Part shown: positions 53,901-60,724 of the stretch, piece by piece
Position numbering within the stretch: position 1 is the stretch's first letter
How the letters are laid out: every line of letters starts with the position of its first letter
Assembly: GCF_037042905.1 (NCBI RefSeq)
Contig: NC_087252.1
Location: 23,004,001 to 23,068,000 of the forward strand
Length of the DNA stretch: 64,000 nt
DNA from: Lytechinus pictus
Taxonomy: Eukaryota
Direction of reading: 5' to 3'
Notes under the pieces: generated by a model
Told to the model about the DNA's origin: nothing
Databases searched by the model: none
Seen by the model: the letters and a program-made list of their open reading frames with translations, nothing else
Program-made: the position numbers and the translations under genes

Positions 53901-56900
53901 ATGCAAAACCTGTTGCGAGGGTACGTTTTCTCCACATTGTCACTGAATACTTCGATCCCGAAATGAAAGAAAACCCAGAATTATATCTAGATTTGGATTT
54001 TCAAATTGATGATTATGAAGATGAAGAGAATGATGATGAAGTTTCTAGCTCTAGAAAAACAAAGTGACGTGGATAGAGGTATACATTAGGGGAATTACGC
54101 CGGTGATTATGAGTCGGACAATTCAACTTGCATGCCGATTCGCTACCAACACATGCAGCTGATAGCTGCTCGATCCGCGGGTCAAATCCATGAAAATGAA
54201 TTCCATCACGACCACATCCAGACAGAGTCTCTTTCTTCTATCAACAACATAATGAGAATGAAAATAATGATATAACTGTACTTACAAACAAGTGAATATA
54301 TCCGAACCTAGGCTGAAGGTAAATCAACTCAAGGAATAACAGCAGACGATATGCACCGACGATGAATTTCACGTGGCTGGGAGATTGTCACTCGTTCTGT
54401 TAGATAAAATTTCTATCTCATTATTTTGACTAAATTACGAAACTCGGAGAATTAGTATTCTACATAAAAATTAAGTAACACCTGGTACTATTTTTTGAAT
54501 TACGATAAAACCTTTTTGAAGCAAAGAAAATGAGGTAAATTAAAATTAGATATAAAAGATCATCCGCCTAGCTCGCATTCGATTGTAAACAATCAGCAAG
54601 GCGAGCACATAGAGTTGGATAAAGCTACGCTCCAACTCTATGGGCGAGCAAGCCACTGAACTGAAAATACGTATTTTCAGTTCAGTGGAGCAAGCTGGCC
54701 ATGTGCTTTTGATTGTTTGTTTACAATCGCATGCGGCTTTTTATCTAACAGAACGAGTGACAATCTATTCCAGCCACGTGAAATTCATCGTCGGTGCATA
54801 TCGTCTGCTGCTATTCCTTGAGTTGATTTACCTTCAGCCTAGGTTCGGATATATTCACTTATTTGTAAGTACAGTTATTTTATTATTTTCCTTCTCATTA
54901 TGTTGTTGATAGAGGAAAGAGACTCTGTCTGGATGTGGTCATGCTGCATGGAATTCATTTTCATGGATTTGACCCGCGGTGCAGCTAGCATGCAGCTGCA
55001 TGCGTTGGTAGCGAATCGGCTTGCAAGTTGAATTGTCTTACTCATCATCACCGGCGTAATTCCCTTAATTTACCACCATCCACGTCACTTTGTTTTTCTA
55101 GAGTTAGAAACTTTATCATCATTCTCTTCATCTTCATAATCATCAATTTGAAAATCCAAATCTAGATAAATTTCTGGGTTTTCTTTCATTTCATGATCGA
55201 AGTATTCAGTGTCAGTGTGGAGAAAACGTACCCTCGCAACAGGTTTTGCATGCAAGTGGAGCTTGACGTGGGAGAGCCAATCACGCCTCTCGTACAGACA
55301 GTGACGTCATCAAATTCGAGTCAATTCAGAGACCGATGCGAGGCATATTTCGGAGAGGCATTTTAGCGCTTTTTAATCGGCGATTTCCACCTTATGTATT
55401 ATTTTCATTATTTTTGAATGACCTAATGGTAATCCTCACATCATTACCTTTCCACTGATATATAATAAGGCCATATTCATAATCAATATATTTCTCCTTT
55501 AAACCACAACTTTAAACCTGAGTTTAAGTTAAACCAGAGTTCTGAATATGGGCCATTATGTTCTTATTGAAATACTTTACTCAATTTGAATATTTATGTA
55601 CCTTGTGCAGACAGCCAAGTGTTCTTGTGAGTAACAAATTATGCCGTGCCAAGATCAGGCAGTAGAGCACAGGGGCCGATTGCACAAAAGGATCTTTGCA
55701 AGAACCGTCTTTCGTGTCGCCCATTTATTATGATGTGCCATGTGAAACGCATTGTAAATAAATGACCTGCAAACATTTTTTATTCATCCGTTAAAGTAAA
55801 CAAAATCCTTGTTTATAAAATAATGTGATATATCATGAAATTTTATACAAATTGATTTAAATGCTAGTTAACAAATTTTATTTGTTTATCATACATTTCA
55901 GAAATATCCCGCATACAGCGCATCATAAAAGATGGGCGACACAAAAGACAGTCCTTGGAAAGACCCTTTCGTGCAATCGGCCCCAGGACTTTAAACCAGC
56001 AACATCTACCTCTCCCTCTGTTCTAGTTCTGTGTTGGAAAAACCTGCGTATACTTAGAGCTTATAAATTATAAAATATAGCTCATACACTTTTTATAATG
56101 ACAACAAAATGATCAATTTCTATATCAAATTAACCATCAGCCAATCAGATAAAAGGATTTCAATAGCTTTTAACTGTTATTGCAAATTTGTTATTATAAT
56201 AAGTTTTATGAAACAGGGCTCCAGACCGTCATCGAGGCTCGTGAGTTTGTATCTAAAGGTAAACTTTTTATGATGATTTTACTTTTTTCAGTGAGTTACA
56301 ACTTGACCAATCCTATCAACATCACATCACCCAACTATCCCGGAGACTATCCGAAGAACGATTACACCTTGACGCTTGTCACCGCGCCGGAAGGAATGTT
56401 CGTGCGGGCACGAGTTTTAGATCTTGCCGTCAGCCACTCCACGTTCATCGTCTTCTTGAACAGCCATGATGCAGAGCCGGGAAATTCCAATTTCATCGCG
56501 TCGTTGGGGTTCGGCGACGACGAAACAGAGATACTTTCGGATGGGAATATGATGGCGATTAAATTCTACTCTGGTTTCTATGCGCAAGCACGAGGTTACC
56601 TCATAGAGCTTTCATACATGGACGGTAATTACAATGGCCTTATCTGCTTATGATAGTTATTTATTTGCCTGTTCTGTTCTATAGCCAGGAGGGGGGTGGG
56701 GTGAGACGGTTCAATAATTGCCCCCCAACCCCCCCTCGAAATAATTGAAATCAGCATATTTACTGGCAATATGTTATCTACAAAATAGCATAATTTACTT
56801 TTAAGAATTATGTGAGTTTATTGATAAGGTACTGGCATGTAATTGTGCTAATTTATACATAATATGGAACTTTCAGCCTTAAATTTGTGAGATTGTAACC

Positions 56901-59900
56901 CCCTCCCCCTCCCTGAAAGATCACGAGACTATTCCAATTCATTTTCTGAAAGTATGTGCCGTGAGATGGTTGTGATTTTAAGGAAACAAATAAATAAATT
57001 AATAAATGGATGCAAATCTACTTGGTGTTTATATTTAATTCCTTTTCCTATATGGAACAGGCCGACACTTTCTTGCTATACTCTTTGCCTAAGGATTATA
57101 CCTACATGTATCTATTAACCCTTACTCTACTGGGGGGGTCAATTTGACCCTTCTATAAGAATTTCATCACTACGCCGCCGCACAAAATTTTTTGACCGCG
57201 CCACTCAGTGACTTTTTACTTTCCAGTTTTTTTTTATACCAAATTAGCAAATTTTATGCACTTATTTGTATAATCATTTAATCTAAACAATTAATTTTTT
57301 GAAAATTTTACAATACAATCTTGTAGTTTACATCTGGCTCTACGTGTATGCAAATTTTCACACCAATCTAAAGGGGGGAGGGTCAAATTGACTCCCCCCA
57401 GTATATCCTGGGTCCCGTAACACAAAGGTTAGCAAATAATCCTACGCTTGATTTTCACGATTTATTGTACATTGTAGTCAATGGAATCAATCATAGAGAA
57501 ATGTAGATACAATGATTGCTAAGCTTTGTGATACGGGCCCCAGGTCTGAAATGGCCCAGTTGAATTATGGTTGAATATCCAACTATAAGATTTATAAAGT
57601 AAATTCTCAAAGGGTTTTATTTTAGTAAAAGTGAGAATGGAGAAGGACAATGCCCAGCAGCAAAAGGTTGTTTATTGTATAGATTTATTACTTTGATCAC
57701 TTGATTGACTGATTGACTAATAGTAAAGGATATATTTCATTTCCAGTTCAAGAATTAAATTACAAAACAATGTGAAATATGACATTACATAATGAAATGA
57801 AATGGGAAACTTCTGGAAGGCATAGCTATAACAATGAAGGTTCCCCTAAATAAAATCATATGGCATATTTATACAAATTTCTAAATTTCTTTAATATTAA
57901 ATCATTTTTGTCTCACCTGCGAAGCAGAGTGAGATTATAGGCGCCGCTTTTCCGACGGCGGCGGCGTCGTCAACACCAAATCTTAACCGAAGGTTAAGTT
58001 TTTTAAATGACAGCATAACTTAGAGAAAGTATATGGACCTAGTTCATGAAACTTGGCCATAAAGTTAATCAAGTATTACTGAACATCCTGCCTGAGTTTC
58101 ATGTCACATGACCAAGGTCAAAGGTCATTTAGGGTCAATGAACTTAGACCATGTTGGGGGAATCAACATCAAAATCTTAACCTAAGGTTAAGTTTTTGAA
58201 ATGTCATCATAACTTAGAAAATATATGGACCCAGTTCATGAAACTTGGACATAAGGTTAATCAAGTATTATTATAGAATGGATGGGAAAATCCCTGCAAT
58301 CTGATTGGTTGAGAGCAATGCAAGAATTTTTACTGGGCTGCATGAACGATATCCCGATAATCAAAACGATATCCACTGTAAACAAGCTATCGTCCGAAAA
58401 GGTCATTGTGATGTCATCGCGCATGTACTGTTACGCTTGTTTACGTCAAAATTTTGAATTTTCGATCAAGGCAGAATGAATCAAATAAAGGATGCAAAAT
58501 GATCTGTAAGTACAAATACGTTACCGTAATTGTCATAGGGATTAAAGCTGCCTGCATACTCGTTAGTTGAGAAGTCCAGACATACGATCTAACGTTTATA
58601 GATCTACTGGCACTGCCCTGGGCTGGCTGTGCACAGCCAAATCTCCAGTGCGGGCCCAGGCAGCCGTAGCCGTAGGCACTGGCCACCGGAGCGGCCCGGG
58701 CATACACACACAGCTATGGCTGCCTCATAGTCATAGATCTAGTCAATGCAAAGCTGTATCTGGCATTTTGGGTATAATGATGCCTTTGTGCCAACATATT
58801 ATCAAGTTAGGCATACATATTTATGTTTTCCAGGGTTATCAAAGGGTCTGCATTACATTTTGGAATTTTCATGCATCCGGTAAAAAATCATGCGTCCAGT
58901 AAAAAAAATCATGCGTCCAGTAAATATTTTCATGCGTCCAGTAAATTGAATTTACTGGACGCATGAAATTATCATGCATCCGGTAAATCATTAATTTTTG
59001 TGGTTTATTCAATAAAATTTTTCCATTCTATAAAACAGATGATGCATGGGTTTCTTTCGTGGGTCAGTGGAACTGTGTGCACGCGGTAACTTTGGCATTA
59101 TGGTCTAAACCCACTCGGCTGCGCCTCGTGGGTTAAACCATGCCAAAGTTACCTTGTGCACACAGTTCCTACTGACCCACTCTAACCCATGCATCATTTG
59201 TATACTGAACATCCTGCCTGAGTTTTGAGTCACATGACCAAGGTCAAAGGTCATTTAGGGTCAATGAACTTTGGCCAAATTGGGGATATTTGTTGAATTA
59301 CTATCATAACTTTAAAAGTTTATGGATCTGATTCAGGAAACTTGGACATGAGAGTAATCAAGTATCACTACACATCCTGTGCGAGTTTCAGGTCACATGA
59401 TCAAGGTCAAAGGTCATTTGGGGTCAATGAACTTTGGCCAAGTTGGGGGTATTTATTGAATTACCGTAATAACTTTGAAAGTTTATTGGTCTAGTTCATA
59501 CAACTTGGACATTAGAGTAATCAAGTATCACTGAACATCCTGTGAGAGTTTCATGTCACATGACCAAGGTCAAAGGTCAATGGAATTTGGCTATGTTGGG
59601 GGTATTTGTAAAATAACCATCATAACTCTGGAAGTGTATGTATCTAGTTCATAAAACTTGGACATAGAGTAATCAAGTATCATTGAATATCTCATGTGAG
59701 TTTCAGGTCACATGACCAAAGTCAAAGGTCATTTAATGTCATTAAACTTTGGCCATTTTGGAGGTAATTATAAGATTGCTGTCATAACTTTCAAAGTTTA
59801 CAGATTTAGTTTATAAAATGTGGATATAGGGGTAATCAAGTATCACTGACAAGTCTTAGGTTGCATGATCAAGGTCAAATGTCATTTATTGTCAATGAAC

Positions 59901-60693
59901 GTAGTATTGTATCATTATATGAATGATGTTTTTTGTGAATAATTATTTTATAGTAGTTTTCAAAGTCAGCACTGCTGCTATATTGAATTGCGTGATGCAG
60001 GTGAGACTGCCAGAGGCGCTCCACTTGTTATCTAACTTCATGTAAAGCGAAATATAAATTTCATTGAAATGATTTTTTTATTTTATTACAGAGGCGACAT
60101 GTGCCCCTGATGAGTTTACGTGTGAAGTAGGTGGATGTATTGATTACAGTGATGTGTGCGATCTTTTCCCGCATTGCCCAACTTTTTCTGATGAAAACAA
60201 TTGTCAAGTGCCAGCTGGAGGTATGATATGACTTTTATGGCTCCGCCCACCTGAACCCACCATAGGAGGGTGTGGGTGGCGTTATGTTGATGGGATAATG
60301 ATGGTGATGATGATGGTGATGGTGATGATGATGATAATGATGATGATGATGATGGTGATGGTGGTGGTGGGCATGATGATGGTGGTGATGATGATGCTGA
60401 TGATGATGGTGGTGGTGGTGGTGATGATGACGATGATGATGATGCTGATGATGATGGTGGGCATGATGATGATGATGATAATGATGGTCATCATGATTGT
60501 GATGATAATGGTTGCATGATTATGATGATTATGATGATGATGATGATAAGATGGTGATGATGGTGGTGGGCATGATGATGTTGATGAAAATGAAGAAGGT
60601 GATGATGATGATGGTCATGATGATGATGATGATGATTGTGATGATGATGGTGATGATGGTTGCATGATGATGATGATGATGATGAGGTGGTGA

Positions 60694-60724
<31 letters not shown>

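Noticed and set aside
53885..54067. Acidic 60-aa ORF as an independent gene
   Set aside because: It lies in a transposon inverted arm, is mirrored on the other strand and has no recognisable domain.
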